From the human T2T-CHM13v2.0 reference genome, Homo sapiens: a stretch of DNA of 64,000 nucleotides. Of this stretch, positions 43,598-55,857 are shown one piece after another; the stretch's first letter is position 1; each line of letters starts with the position of its first letter. Under the pieces are notes generated by a model, which was not told the origin of the DNA, made no database searches, and saw only the letters and a program-made list of their open reading frames with translations. The position numbers and the translations under genes are program-made. Location of the stretch: assembly GCF_009914755.1 (NCBI RefSeq), contig NC_060928.1, one strand, 5' to 3'.

Positions 43598-46500
43598 ACC
43601 ATTTCCCATTCTGAAAGCCTTTGCACTCGTTATTCTTCTGCTTGGAACATTGTTTTTGCCCTCAGATCTTCATATCTGCCTCCTTTTCATTTAAATTTTA
43701 TTTCAAATTCCATGTCTTGACAGAGGCTTCTCTGACTACTTTCTGTCAAAATACTCTATTTTCTATTTTCTGTAGCATTTACTAAGGTCTTCAATCTTCA
43801 GTCCCTGCCCCAACCTTAATTTGCCCATGTTGATCACACACCTAAATCTGAAAACAATAAAAGAATCTATTGTAGAGTGTCACTTGTTTTACCTGATTAT
43901 CTACATTTTCATCATCCAATTTCTTAAATTTTATTTTTGTGTATACTTTGCCTTGTATTTCACTATTAGACAGTACACTGGTATCTGCTAATGCATTAGG
44001 AATTTTGGAATGGTAAGCATCTCCAGCCATCCTTTTCATATTTGCAAATGTTGACACGCATAAAATAGTAGTTGTTTTGGATCTGGATTTCTCATGAAGA
44101 ACTACATGTTTTTGGAAAATTGAGCAGTTATCCTTTTCATATATTTAAGAGCTCTGAAAGAATTACCAAAATAACCTGAACATTGTGCTTAAGCCTGGAA
44201 ATTCTTCCCTTGAATCACAAATTATTTTATTAATAAGGTTAATATATCAGAAGATTCTATTTGTTTTTATCATTAGTTTCCAAAAGCATAAACAATAAAA
44301 TACAAAAAAAGACGTTGTCTTCCTTATATTCACTTTGCTTTAGAGCACAGCAATGCAAAACATATTTCTCATTATTTTCGAAGCAATGATACCTATTTTT
44401 CTGGGACTCTATTTGTTATGGACCAGGACATTGACCATGGAGGCATGTTCATGGATTACTGTTTTACGGTGACAGCAGTACGGATGAGGATATTGGGCTT
44501 TAAAGAACTGCAATCATGAGCTTTCCTCTGCAAAAATAGAAAGACTCTTACTCAGCAAATGTAAAAATAATGTTATGTTTGCAATCTCTACTCTTTATAA
44601 TCACTTAAAATTTTAAGGTAAAATTAGGCTTTTAATGCGTAACATGAAACAACAAATATTCTATTTTTGAGTTCTGGTTGCGTTTTTAAAGATGTGATGG
44701 AGCAAAGGGCTAACCCAGCACATACTATCATAGTCAAATCTATTTGTGAAAAAAAAAAAGGAAATTTGGTGATATAGGCACACTTTCAAAATTCTCATTG
44801 ATAGAGAGGGCCCAGAGAGAGGCTTTGATCTTAATTATTTCATAAATTCTAAACTGAGATGCTTAATTAGAGCTTAAATTTATGGAGACTCTGATACATG
44901 AGAGGTGTCCACCCAGGTTTCGTTTTTCATGAAGGAGCAAAAAGTATATGCAGTCACAGCGGGCTCTCTGGAGAGTCTACAGTGACATGGGCATCACCTT
45001 TTCTTAGCTGGTGTAGGAGGCAGGGGAGGGCTTGTAGGCACATCTCTGTGTTGGTGTGCAGAAGCTGACTGAGATCCAAACATGTACTAAGGTTGTCAGA
45101 TGGATAGAAGAGATGAAGAGATGCTAGTATTGACTAAATGAACAAACAGACTGAAAACAGGTTAAATTCAAAGATTAATAATTGATTTTGGAGAGCACAG
45201 TCGATAAATTTCAAGTATGACCAAAGAGCTGCTATAAATTGACTTTCCTAGCCTAAAATATTCGGTAATTTTTCTTAATGGATTTGTTAAGAAGATGTTT
45301 GAATAACAACTATTTTTTAGCTTCTTTATTGGCAAATAAAACCAAAAAATAAATAAATAAAACTTTTTCAGGGCATTCTGCTTAAATCTCCCTCTCTTTC
45401 TCTGCTGTTTTTTTCTTCAAGATAACTTAGGCACAATTCTTAAAAGAACACCATTTGGCTAATTTCCATCTGGCATCCTTTCCCTCTTATTTTCACTACA
45501 AAGAGTGGAGTCTCCTTTTTAATGATATTTCTAAGTAAATTCAGCCTTCAGCTCAACATTCATCCTCCCTTCTGTTTTTCATATAAGCAATTACTTTTTT
45601 TTGTGGGGAAAAATACATATAACTGGGCTCTGAGTTGATTGAATCAGATAAAAACAAATTGTAGAAATATAGGCTCACTAATTTCTAGTAATATTTTGTA
45701 TGCTCTAGAGTACAAATGTGTCGTGTGAAAAGTTCCATTTGTGCAGAATTGAGTATTTTACATACAGATAATTAGAAAATTGTCAAGACATATGTTGCTT
45801 TTACAAACGTTTTTGTATTTATTGTTTTGCAAATGATACCAAAAATTATCATGGTGCCAAATCCTGAAAAACCTCTCAACTTAGAGGTCTTCATCAGTGA
45901 CTAATTGCTACTATTTGTAACCCACTTTAAAAGCAAATAAAGCACCCATCTGGTAATTCTATTAACAGTTTCTATGCTAAAATGGCAATTTGTCCTCAAA
46001 AAAGAAAATATGCAATTATGAAATATTTGTATTTGTGTCACTCTTGAAAAGATACAAATGTATCTGGCAAAATAGAGTTTATCATTCCTTTTCGCATTCT
46101 CTATTAAGTCTACAACCTTTTAAAAAATCAAATTGGATTAGCGACATAGCTATGTAGCTCATATATTTAACAAAATGGAAAATTAGAGCAATAATCTGAA
46201 TAAATGAAGGCAAACAAAGAAAACTCATAATCAATCATCTGGATAGCATTATCAAATCGTCTTTCCCCTTCCCTCCCCAACTATCTGTGTTGCCCACTGT
46301 AGGATTAATAGGTCTTGAATACCTAAGTCTCTCCCCTGAAAAGAGGGAAAGGGAAGTGACATTCCTGACCTTGTTATTTTGAAACTCTGACCTTGAGAAA
46401 ACTGTATCTCTCTGAGAGTCAGTTTCTACGGTGGTCAAATGCAAGAATTTTTTTCTGCTAGTCTATAATAAATGCTGTTATGAATAATTAAAGAAATGAA

Positions 46501-46829
46501 GAACTTGAAAATATTTTGTGGAAGTAAGCCCCTTCTAGAACTCAGAGGTAGCTGTGATCATGCAGGTTTCTGAAATAGGACAACAATGATTGTCCACCTA
46601 AATAATAAAATATTTAACTTCTGAGGAAAAACAATTTGTAGACTTGCTCCAGCCCTACGTCATTCTGAACCTAGGCCCTTTGGAGGCTTGTGAATATTCA
46701 CTAACCTTCATCTACTGCTGCATGGGTATTCTTTACAAGGGACACAGATTTTTCCGTTTCCTTTTTACTTTCGACGCCCTAGTAAACATCTCGGGGTTGG
46801 CAGAATGGGTTGGTCTGGTGTTTATTATA

Positions 46830-47310
46830 TGTAACACATATTGTGTCCCTGGCCCCAGTGCTATAGCACCTTTTCTGATTTTATGATGCCATGTCACTCT
46901 TACTTGCTTTTGGACATGCCTGGAGTGCAAAATCTCTTTTTTCTCTTGCTAAGTTTTTCTTGTTCTTCAATGTGCAGCTAACTCAGTGTGGCAGGATTAC
47001 AGGTAGTTTTAAAGTTTTCTTTTTTATACTTCACTTTTGTAGTTCTTTCATGGCTTTTATAACTAAAAATGCCATTTGAAGATTTTATTAACAAAAACCT
47101 AAAATACCTAATTTGAAACCTGAATCAGGATTAGAATTCTCTCTCGTATGTTCCATTAGCACAGATGTTCACTTCTCATAATAATTATCAGAGTATAATA
47201 TAATAGACTATCTGTCTCACTAGACTGAGACATCTTGTAACATATAGTTCCTTATGTCTGCTACAATATCCATAATAAACGTTTATTACATGTCAGTTGA
47301 ATAAATGGAT
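46830..47310 (+). mobile_element. L2 3' end remnants
   Basis: GGACATGCCTGGAGTGC, TCTGTCTCACTAGACTGAG, ATAATAAACGTTTATT..GAATAAATG. Confidence 0.55.
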
Positions 47311-47528
47311 GGGCGAATATGTTACATCTGTAGTTCATTTTCATTTAATAAGTAGACATATAGCAATATGAAATAGCTAATAACTAATTGGATCTGCACT
47401 TAATATAATACATTTCATTTTTTAGCTTTTTTTTTTGCTTTTCTACTCATTGGAAATAAATGGTAAAATAAATTTCTTCATCATAATAAAGTAAATAAAA
47501 TTATAATGAATAATTAAATGATGAAAAC

Positions 47529-47608
47529 TCTTGTAAATTATGATTTTTTAAAAAACGTCTTCTCATTTTCTTGTAAATTATGATTTTTTAAAAAACGTCT
47601 TCTCATTT
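47529..47608. repeat. Perfect 40-bp tandem duplication
   Basis: TCTTGTAAATTATGATTTTTTAAAAAACGTCTTCTCATTT at 47529 and 47569. Confidence 0.95.
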
Positions 47609-47610
47609 TC

Positions 47611-47903
47611 TTTTTTTTTTTTTGAGAGGGAGTCTCACTCTGTCACCCAGGCTGGAGTGCAGTGGTGCAATCTCTGCTCACTGCAACCTCTGCCTCCCGG
47701 TTCAAGCTATTCTCCCACCTCCGTCTCCCAAGTAGCTGGGATTACAGGAACCCACCACCACACCCGGCTAATTTTTGTATTTTAGTAGATATGGAGTTTC
47801 ACCATGTTGGCCAGGGTGGTCTTGAACTCCTGACCTCAAGTGATCTGCCCACCTTGGCCTCCCAACGTGCTGAGATTACAGGTGTGAGCCACCACGTATG
47901 GCC
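47611..47903 (-). mobile_element. AluS (Sz/Sx-like) with TSD
   Basis: TSD CTTCTCATTTTCT on both sides; CTGACCTCAAGTGATC. Confidence 0.95.
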
Positions 47904-48551
47904 AACTTCTCATTTTCTAATTCCTTTTCTGTACCATGTGAAGTATTTTTATCTTGTGGTTTATACTTAAACCTTAACAGTTACAGCGGAGGTGCTATGG
48001 CAACATAAGGCCACAACTCATAAAAGCTAATTGTGACTATGCATCATGGTTTACCATGACGGATTATTGCTATTTGTCCATTTCATGTCAAAACTGAGGC
48101 TCAGACAACTGGATAACCTGAATGACAGCCAGAAGCTTCAAACATTCCTTTCATGTAGAAGGATGGTGTACTTTCTACTGGAAGAATATTTCCTCTGGGA
48201 TGGCAGTCAGTGGCACTTGATAGGAGTTGGCAAAGATAAGTTTAATTGTATTCAGTGTGATTCAACAGACATTTATTATATACCAATTAGTTTATAATTC
48301 TCTAGATATATAAAAGTAAATAAGGCCTTGACCCTTTTGTGGAGGAACTCACAGTAAGTTTAGGGACGCCAAACATAATCAATTACCTATAAAAAAAAGG
48401 ATGACAGTTTAATTGGCAACATTCAACAAACAATTATTAAGGGCTGTTCTTTGCCTTCTTTGCCTAACGCTGTGCTGGATGCTAATGAAGTGCTATGGAA
48501 AAAAGTCATGTGGAATCTATTTGACTCTGATGTTGGAGGGAAGCAACTGGG

Positions 48552-48802
48552 CAGGACTCCCTTTTCAGGGTACAGTAGGTACAGAGCTTTGGTCACATGA
48601 TACTTTTAGGGTCCTGTGACATTTTAATTTCTTTTAAAGTCAGAAGAGAAACAAGGACCTTTTAGGAAAAATGAAATGTTTTAGTATGTAATATCTTTAT
48701 GCCAATATAGTCATAAAATATAATCTGTAGTGTTTTTAGTGATGAAAGTGTCCCATCAAGGCAAAAGAGCCTAGGGGCCATGAAAGTCCTAATGTGGTCC
48801 TG
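48552..48802 (-). mobile_element. ORSL-like hAT-Tip100 non-autonomous element
   Basis: CAGGAC...GTCCTG termini with ACTGGG on both flanks; minus strand CAGGACCACATTAGGACTTTCATGGCCCCTAGGCTCTTTTGCC..CCCTAAAAGTATCATG matches the recalled ORSL consensus. Confidence 0.65.
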
Positions 48803-50640
48803 ACTGGGAGAAGGAAGTCAGAGAGGAAGGAGAAGATTCAGATCACTGGAGCTGGGCCTTGAAGTGATAATAATATTTCACCAGGTGGAGAATAGGAGGG
48901 TTTTTTAGCCAGAAAGGTTAACCAAAGCCAAGATCCAGACTTGTGAAAGTATAGGATGAGTTAATTCAGACATGCACAAGACGCGGTCCTCAAATGAAAA
49001 GATTTATCAGGTCAGTGGATAGAAGCAAAAGTATGTGAATGAAAAGTTACATTATTGAAGAAATATTTCTATTCCAAGAACGGCAAATGAGGCAACTGCT
49101 CCTGAATCTTAAAGGTCTCTGAGAATTAAAGCTTTACAACTAGACTATTTAAATAAACAAAACTGTTTAAAAGTTTACCATTGTATAACTCTTGATGTTC
49201 TAGTCTGTGTAATGTATTTGAGAGTAGGGTAGGAGACAGCACAGTTTTGAGATCATCCTCAAGTCCTGAAATCTTCACTTACAAGTGATTATATGTTTAC
49301 CAATATTTGTTTTATTGTTATCCTTAAGTATTTTGAAAGTAATACTTGGAAATATATCATTTCAAATTTACATGAAAAATAATGTAACATTTTGACCCCC
49401 AGAAATTAACTCAGGACTAGTTGAATACCCTAGTCAGGACATTAATTCTTAAGTATATTGTATGAAAGTGTTTAGTCATAAACAAATAAACTTTCTTTTT
49501 CTAGAATAAACTCCAAATCCAAATTCAACAGTGAATAGTAATACAATTCATATTGATGAATTCTGTTAAGCTATTTTCAAAATATGAGAGCATAAATCAA
49601 AACTTTAATCTAGTATATGCTATTGTGTTAATTCCATTTCAGCTTTAATCAAATTCTAAAAGGGTAGGTTCTCTTGGTATTTTCTAAACCCTGTTCTCAG
49701 TATTATCTTCTATTTTTCCCCTTTGTATAATGATGGGAAAACATTATTCATCTAATTTATTTTGAGTGAATAACATTAAGGCTACTTACATTTTTCTTGT
49801 TATTATAAAAGCTGTAGTGAATAGTAGGTGAGCTTATGAATTTAATTTTTCAGCTAAGTAAACATGCACATATTAAATTCTCTAACTGTCATAAATATAA
49901 TCAGGCCTTTAATTAGAAAATGAAGGCAACATAATTCTAAGCATTATGAAGATATATTGGGCTTCTGGTTGTTAACACATCTAGGGAGATGAGGCAACTC
50001 AATCAGAATTCCAGTGTCTAGCTCTATCCTGACTAGAACTTTTGCAGATCAATCTTAGCCTATAGGAGAGCTGCTGGAAATAAAAGCCTGTGCCTGTGTA
50101 TGGTGCGTCATATTGGGAATCTTCAGAACTAAAGAATACCAGCCTCTCATATAAGAAAGCAGTTGGATTCTTGGATATTGCAATCTATGTTTACTAAATA
50201 CGGAGATAGATCTATTAGCTTTTAAAACACATTTTTCCCCATTTGTTTCATATTTGTTTGCAACTCTGAAATTCATTCAGGGGAGGCAGACAAAGGCATT
50301 AGTAAAAAGTGAACTGTTCCTTTTGGTATGTTACTCACTGAGTGATTTTGCAAGACTTTTATCAATCTCCGGATCCTCCAAAATAAATGTTATTTATTCA
50401 CTCAAGAAAATGTTGGTTTGGCAAAACATTATGCTAAAGTCAGAGACTGTAGGACTGTATAAGGCACAATCTCTACCCTCAAGAAATGTACACTCTGGTA
50501 GAAAAATGGAAATACAGTATGATATGACTAATAGTAGTGCATCATATAGTGTAGAGGAAAGTACTAAACTCATGCTTAGGATGTCAGTGAAGGTTGCTTC
50601 AAGTCAATGTCACTGGGTCCACAGAAGCTTACTTTATTTT

Positions 50641-50935
50641 AATTTATCTTTTGAGATGGAGTTTTACTTTTTTTGTCCAGGCTAGAGTGCAGTGGCATGG
50701 TCTCTGCTCACTGCAACCTCCACCTTCTGGTTTCAAGCAATTTTCTTGCCTCAGCATCCTGAGTCACTGAGATTACAGGCGCCTGCCACCACACCCGGCA
50801 AATTTTTGCATTTTTAGTAGAGATGCGGTTTGACCATGTTGGCCAGGCTGGTCTCGAACTCCTGACCTCGTGATCTGCCAGCCTCGGCCTCCCAAAGTGC
50901 TGGGATTACAGGCGTGAGCTACCGCGCCCAATCGG
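50641..50935 (-). mobile_element. AluS (Sg-like) with TSD
   Basis: TSD GCTTACTTTATTTT on both sides. Confidence 0.95.
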
Positions 50936-52208
50936 CTTACTTTATTTTTTAAGGAATTGGGTTAATTATTTGAAATAATATGCCTAGTTTTATCTGTGAC
51001 CGAAGCTATGAAATTTTTATCCCATCTTTGTACTATTATTTTTTATATTTTGATAAGCAAATGCATTATAATATCATAATTTATTACCTGTATTTATGTA
51101 TATTTACAGATAGGTAACATTTATTTATTTTACATATAGGCAATTTTTACATAAATATGTAAATAGCTACATTTACATGTGAGCCAATAAAGGTGTGTTT
51201 GTGTGTGTGTGTATATATATGTGTATATACAAATATAAGTAATACGCCTATATTAAATATATATTGAAGAAAGCAAATAACATTAATCACATTTTGACAA
51301 TTATTTTCATCATGCCTTGCAATTTTTTCTGCAGCTTTAATTTCATATCAGATTCACAGTAAAAATGTCAATTCGTCATATGAATTTCTATTATTAGCTC
51401 GTTTAGTTGTGAGCTCCTTTAGTTTATTTTACTCTTCAGTGAATTTTTAAAACCATATTAAATGCAGTATTGCCTCTTTTATTTACTTTTTCTTCTCTGA
51501 ACGTTGTTGTTGGTAATATATTTTTACCTTTTTCTGGCCTAAGAAATTTTTTTTTTACCTACTTGAATTTTCTCTTTATATAAGGAAGCCCTTTTGTGTT
51601 GACAATCTCTGTTGACTTTTATTCACCATTCATTACTCTCTCACTTAATAATTGCTACAAAGATATGGAAACAAATCAAACTGTTTCTTTCCTCTTGGGA
51701 AAGATTTCTAAGGCTTAAAATATTGGTATAAACTTTATATGATGGATTAATTAAAGATATTCTTTAGGTTTTGGAAAAAGTTACTAGCTCCTCACATTTA
51801 ATTTCTAAGGTAAGAATGTAAGAGTGAATTAGAGTCATTTTTTCCCCATAATTTTTATTAAAGCAAATGTGTTAATTAAGACTCATGAATTGAGCATCTG
51901 CCTTCCTATATTATGTTTGACGTGATGGGAATGTAAAAAACAGTGTAAGTCTCTTTCCCTGTACTAGATGGGCTCAAAGAGTACAGCTTTGAGACAGATT
52001 AACAAGCACAAAATAAACAGCAGTATATTAATAAAAAAGAGAATACAGCTCAATTGTAAGTTATACAACGGATATTATAAATATATAGGTCTTTTTAAAT
52101 CTGTGAGGATTATATGTGTATATGTGCATGCATATATAAATTATAATGAAAAAAGAAGGATCTTTTTTCATTATAATTTATATATACATGCACATCTACA
52201 CCCAGTAC

Positions 52209-52938
52209 TGTTGCTAGTGGTGAATCCATCCATATGGGTCTGCAACAACTGGATTCTTGCCTCTTCAGAGGAAATAATTAGGCTGAGGGGCAGAAATAGA
52301 TTTAAGGCAGAGGGGGAGAGACCGAAATGAGTTTTAGAGCAAGAATGAGCATTTATTAAAAAGTTTTAGAGCAGGAACAAAAGGAAGTAAACTACACTTG
52401 GAAGAGGACCAAGCAGGCATCTTTAGATCCAAGTGCTCCATCCGACCCAACCCTTGACTTGGGGTTTTATACAATGACATGTTTCCAGGGTTTTCATTTG
52501 TATTTCTTTTCTCCTGATTCTTCCCTTGGAGCGGGCTGTCCACATGCCTGTGGCCTGCCAGCTTTGGGGAGAGGACGCATGCGCGGTGTGTTTACTGACG
52601 TTGAGCACATGCTCATTTGAGGCGTTTATCCATTACCAGTTGAGCGTTCCTAAAGGAAGATCATACACCAGTAAAACTCTGCCATTTTGCCTCTTAGTGC
52701 ACATGTGGGAGCCCACTTACTCAACTCATGAGATCTTATTGGGAAGCTGCTGATCACTAGCTTCAAGTTTTTCTATCTATTGGGAACCTGCGTTTCAGCT
52801 GGTGCCAGCTGTGACCAATTATTATTTTAGAGAGACAGTTTAACAACTGCCTGATCATCACCTGATGGTCGCCTGACATTCCTCAGGGGAGGGCCCTGTC
52901 CTGCCCTGCTAATGTCTGCCTAGCTACCAACTCTAAGA
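52209..52938 (-). mobile_element. Complete MER50-like ERV1 solo LTR
   Basis: 730 bp; minus strand starts TCTTAGAGTTGGTAGCTAGGCAGACATTAGCAGGGCAGG (terminal TG mutated); flanks GTAC/GTAT fit a 4-bp TSD with one mismatch. Confidence 0.88.
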
Positions 52939-54109
52939 GTATCTCACTACTGCTAGAAGTTTGAGAAAAGGTGTTTGAAACAATACAAGTGAACTCATTC
53001 AATAAATTAATAAATGGACCTCTAAATTACAAAGGATCACTCTTCCAGTGAGACTGCTGATTAATTATTAATTTCCATTATTTTATAGATACATTATTGG
53101 TTTTGTTCATCCTTTTAAAATATCTTCTTGATTTTTTTAATAGTAAATGTAGGTAATATATCTAGTTAAATTAGGTGAAATGAGCTTCAAATGTGCTTTA
53201 AAATATATTGTACTGTACATATTTAAAGAAATTCAAATGATGTCATGTTCTCTCTTGAGTTTTTGTATAATGCTGCTAGTGGCATATTTTGCTTTAAAAT
53301 AAATTTTCAGTTCTAAAATCTCTGAAGTACTTCTCTCCTGCAGTGATTGACTTTGTAGGGAAACGCTTAAGAAGGAATTTAAATTCAAAAGGTGCAATTT
53401 GAAACACATTTTCTTGTGACAACTTTTGACACTGACCTTTTAAAATATGTAAGCATGGACTTTCCCCTTTAATTATGTTGTATCTTTTAAATTAAATCTG
53501 TGCTGTAATTCTTATAAAATAAGGTGATATTTTGGAATGAGTTTTTTTTTTTAACTTCTCTTAAATTTGGGGAGTAGAGTTTCATATGTTTACAATGATA
53601 AATCAATAATTTTTTGAAACATTTTTTCCTCTCTTCATTTAGGCAATAGAAGTCACAACACTTTTTATCCAAACAGCGATTATATATGATACAAAAATGT
53701 ATATTCATTTTTCAAGATGTTTTCTATAGTGAATTTGAGCCAGAATTGCACGATGAAGAGTTAGAAGGAAAATAATAATAGTAATAATAATAAGCTGATC
53801 CATGGGATATTTATCAGAAAGAATAGGGAAAAGGGGCATTTTTTGGATTTACTCTTTGGTCTTGATATTAAAGGCCTTTTGTTTGCATTCCAATGTAGAA
53901 GAAAGAACTTCATCAGCTGGCTTCATTATGAGTTAGCATAGTATCTATTCTTGCATCACTTTGCCAGAAATTCAGCGAGCACATAGAGAGTACAGACTGG
54001 TCATATCAAGAGAAGTCATTAACAATACCGAACATCCTTAGGTATTTGATTATTTGGCTATGCAATCTCTATTTTGAGGAATTTAAATAAAGAAATTCTC
54101 AAATAAAAG

Positions 54110-54280
54110 CATGACAGTTGTGATATAGGAGAAGAAAATGGCACCTGGACTTAGAAACCTGATTTAAATAGATGCAAGATATTTACTTGCTATGGGACCT
54201 TAAGCAGGTCATCTCACTTTTTGTAGCTTAGATTTTTCTTTTCCATCTATCTCATAGGATGTTGTGAGGGCTCAAGGATA
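54110..54280 (+). mobile_element. MIR remnant
   Basis: TTTACTTGCTATGGGACCTTAAGCAGGTCA..CTCATAGGATGTTGTGAGGGCTCAA. Confidence 0.6.
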
Positions 54281-54759
54281 TACAGTTTCTGAGGCTTTTA
54301 CTTATAGTGCTCAAGCATTTTAGATTCATTCTCTATGTTTCAGTATGCTGAGTTGTTATTTTAGTATTTTGAAATTTGGTTTTTAGATTTTAGTTTAATT
54401 ATTAGTTGGTCCTAAGATAAGAGGCTGTGTTATGCATGAAACATTTGTTTCTTAATTTGTCCTTTTGTCTGCATATATCTGTTCTAAAAATGTCAATAAA
54501 TAAGTAGGTGTGAAATATATACATAAGAATGAGATAAAGTAAATGGAACATTAGAGACTTATGTAATTTGTTGAAGAACATGCAGTTTTTAATACTCATC
54601 CTTCTGAGACGACTATTCAACCTCTGGGAAAATTGACCTGTCAGCATTTTTCAGGATATGGTGGATTTTTTTTTTTAGAGGGCTTTTGTTGTGGTTTCAG
54701 ATCAGGTCATGCATGTTATTGTGTTGTTCTGTTTCATTTTCTACTATCTTTTCTGCCTG

Positions 54760-55335
54760 GCAAAGAGTATCTAAAAGACTCCAAATTGGTCTCCCTGCTT
54801 CCAACCCTGGCCCCTACAGCACTCTATTTTTAAAACCATAGCCAGAACACTTCTTTTAAAACACAATTCAAATTACTCCTCTGCTTAGATGCCTCCAGAG
54901 ATTTTTTTCATCTCGTCCAAGTTAAAGCCAAAAGCTTCAAGGTCCTACAGGACCTGGTTTCTCAAGTCCACTCCTGCCACATTCTTCTCACTCAGCTTCA
55001 GCCACAGTGGCCTCCTCCTTGTTCTTGCAACAAGGCCAGGTCTAGTCCCTGTCTGGGATCTGTACCTGCTTAGCCTTTTGAGCCATTTCTTCCAAATTTC
55101 CTCAGAGCTCAATATGTTTCCTCCTTGAGGTCGTCTTAGCAGTGAGCTCCTTCAGATCACTCTATTTGAAATTGCACCTTCCTTCTATACCCCAAACCCG
55201 ATTCTTCTTCCCTTCCCCTTAACCCAGCTTGGGATATATATGTATAGTGTATGTATGTGTGATATTTACCTATTTATTTAGCTTACTTCTTTCTCACCCA
55301 TTAGAATCTAAGTTGCAAGAGGTTAGGAATGTCTA
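54760..55335 (+). mobile_element. L2 3' region
   Basis: ATTGGTCTCCCTGCTTCCA, TTCAGCCACAGTGGCCTCCT, TAGAATCTAAGTTGCAAGAGG. Confidence 0.75.
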
Positions 55336-55752
55336 TGGAGCGGAATAGGAAAATTATTTACTGTTTCTCAGCTTCCATATTTCTAGTTATCATATGCCAA
55401 AAGGAAGCCTTATGGTCAAGAAAATGAGTCTTCTCTCCATAATATGGGACTAGTTGTTTTTCACTTCTAAACACCAGATGATTTCTCCCTGTAATGAGAG
55501 AGCAGCTTTCCCCTTGAAGAGAATCTAACAATTCCAATGATCATAATTAATTCTCTATATATGTATATGTAACCATACAAACATAGTAACCCTCAGATTT
55601 GCTCCATAGAACTGGAAAATCAGGACTGACTAGGAGGATTTGCATTAGAATCTGGAACACCAATTTCCCAAGGCACTGTTTTTCCAATATATGCAGCTTA
55701 ATGATCCCAGGAAACTAGCCCTGAAGGGATGATATGACCAATAATAAATAAG

Positions 55753-55857
55753 CATGACAATACCTGAAATCCAGTGGACTACTGGCAGGGAAGATTACAA
55801 AAATACTCATGACAATACCTGAAATCCAATGGACTACTGGCAGGGAAGATTACAAAA
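55753..55857. repeat. 50-bp direct duplication, period 55, one mismatch
   Basis: CATGACAATACCTGAAATCCA(G/A)TGGACTACTGGCAGGGAAGATTACAAAA at 55753 and 55808. Confidence 0.95.

Noticed and set aside
50254-50685. 143-aa plus-strand ORF
   Set aside because: Non-ATG start, runs through MIR/L2-like sequence into an Alu tail, no domain recognised
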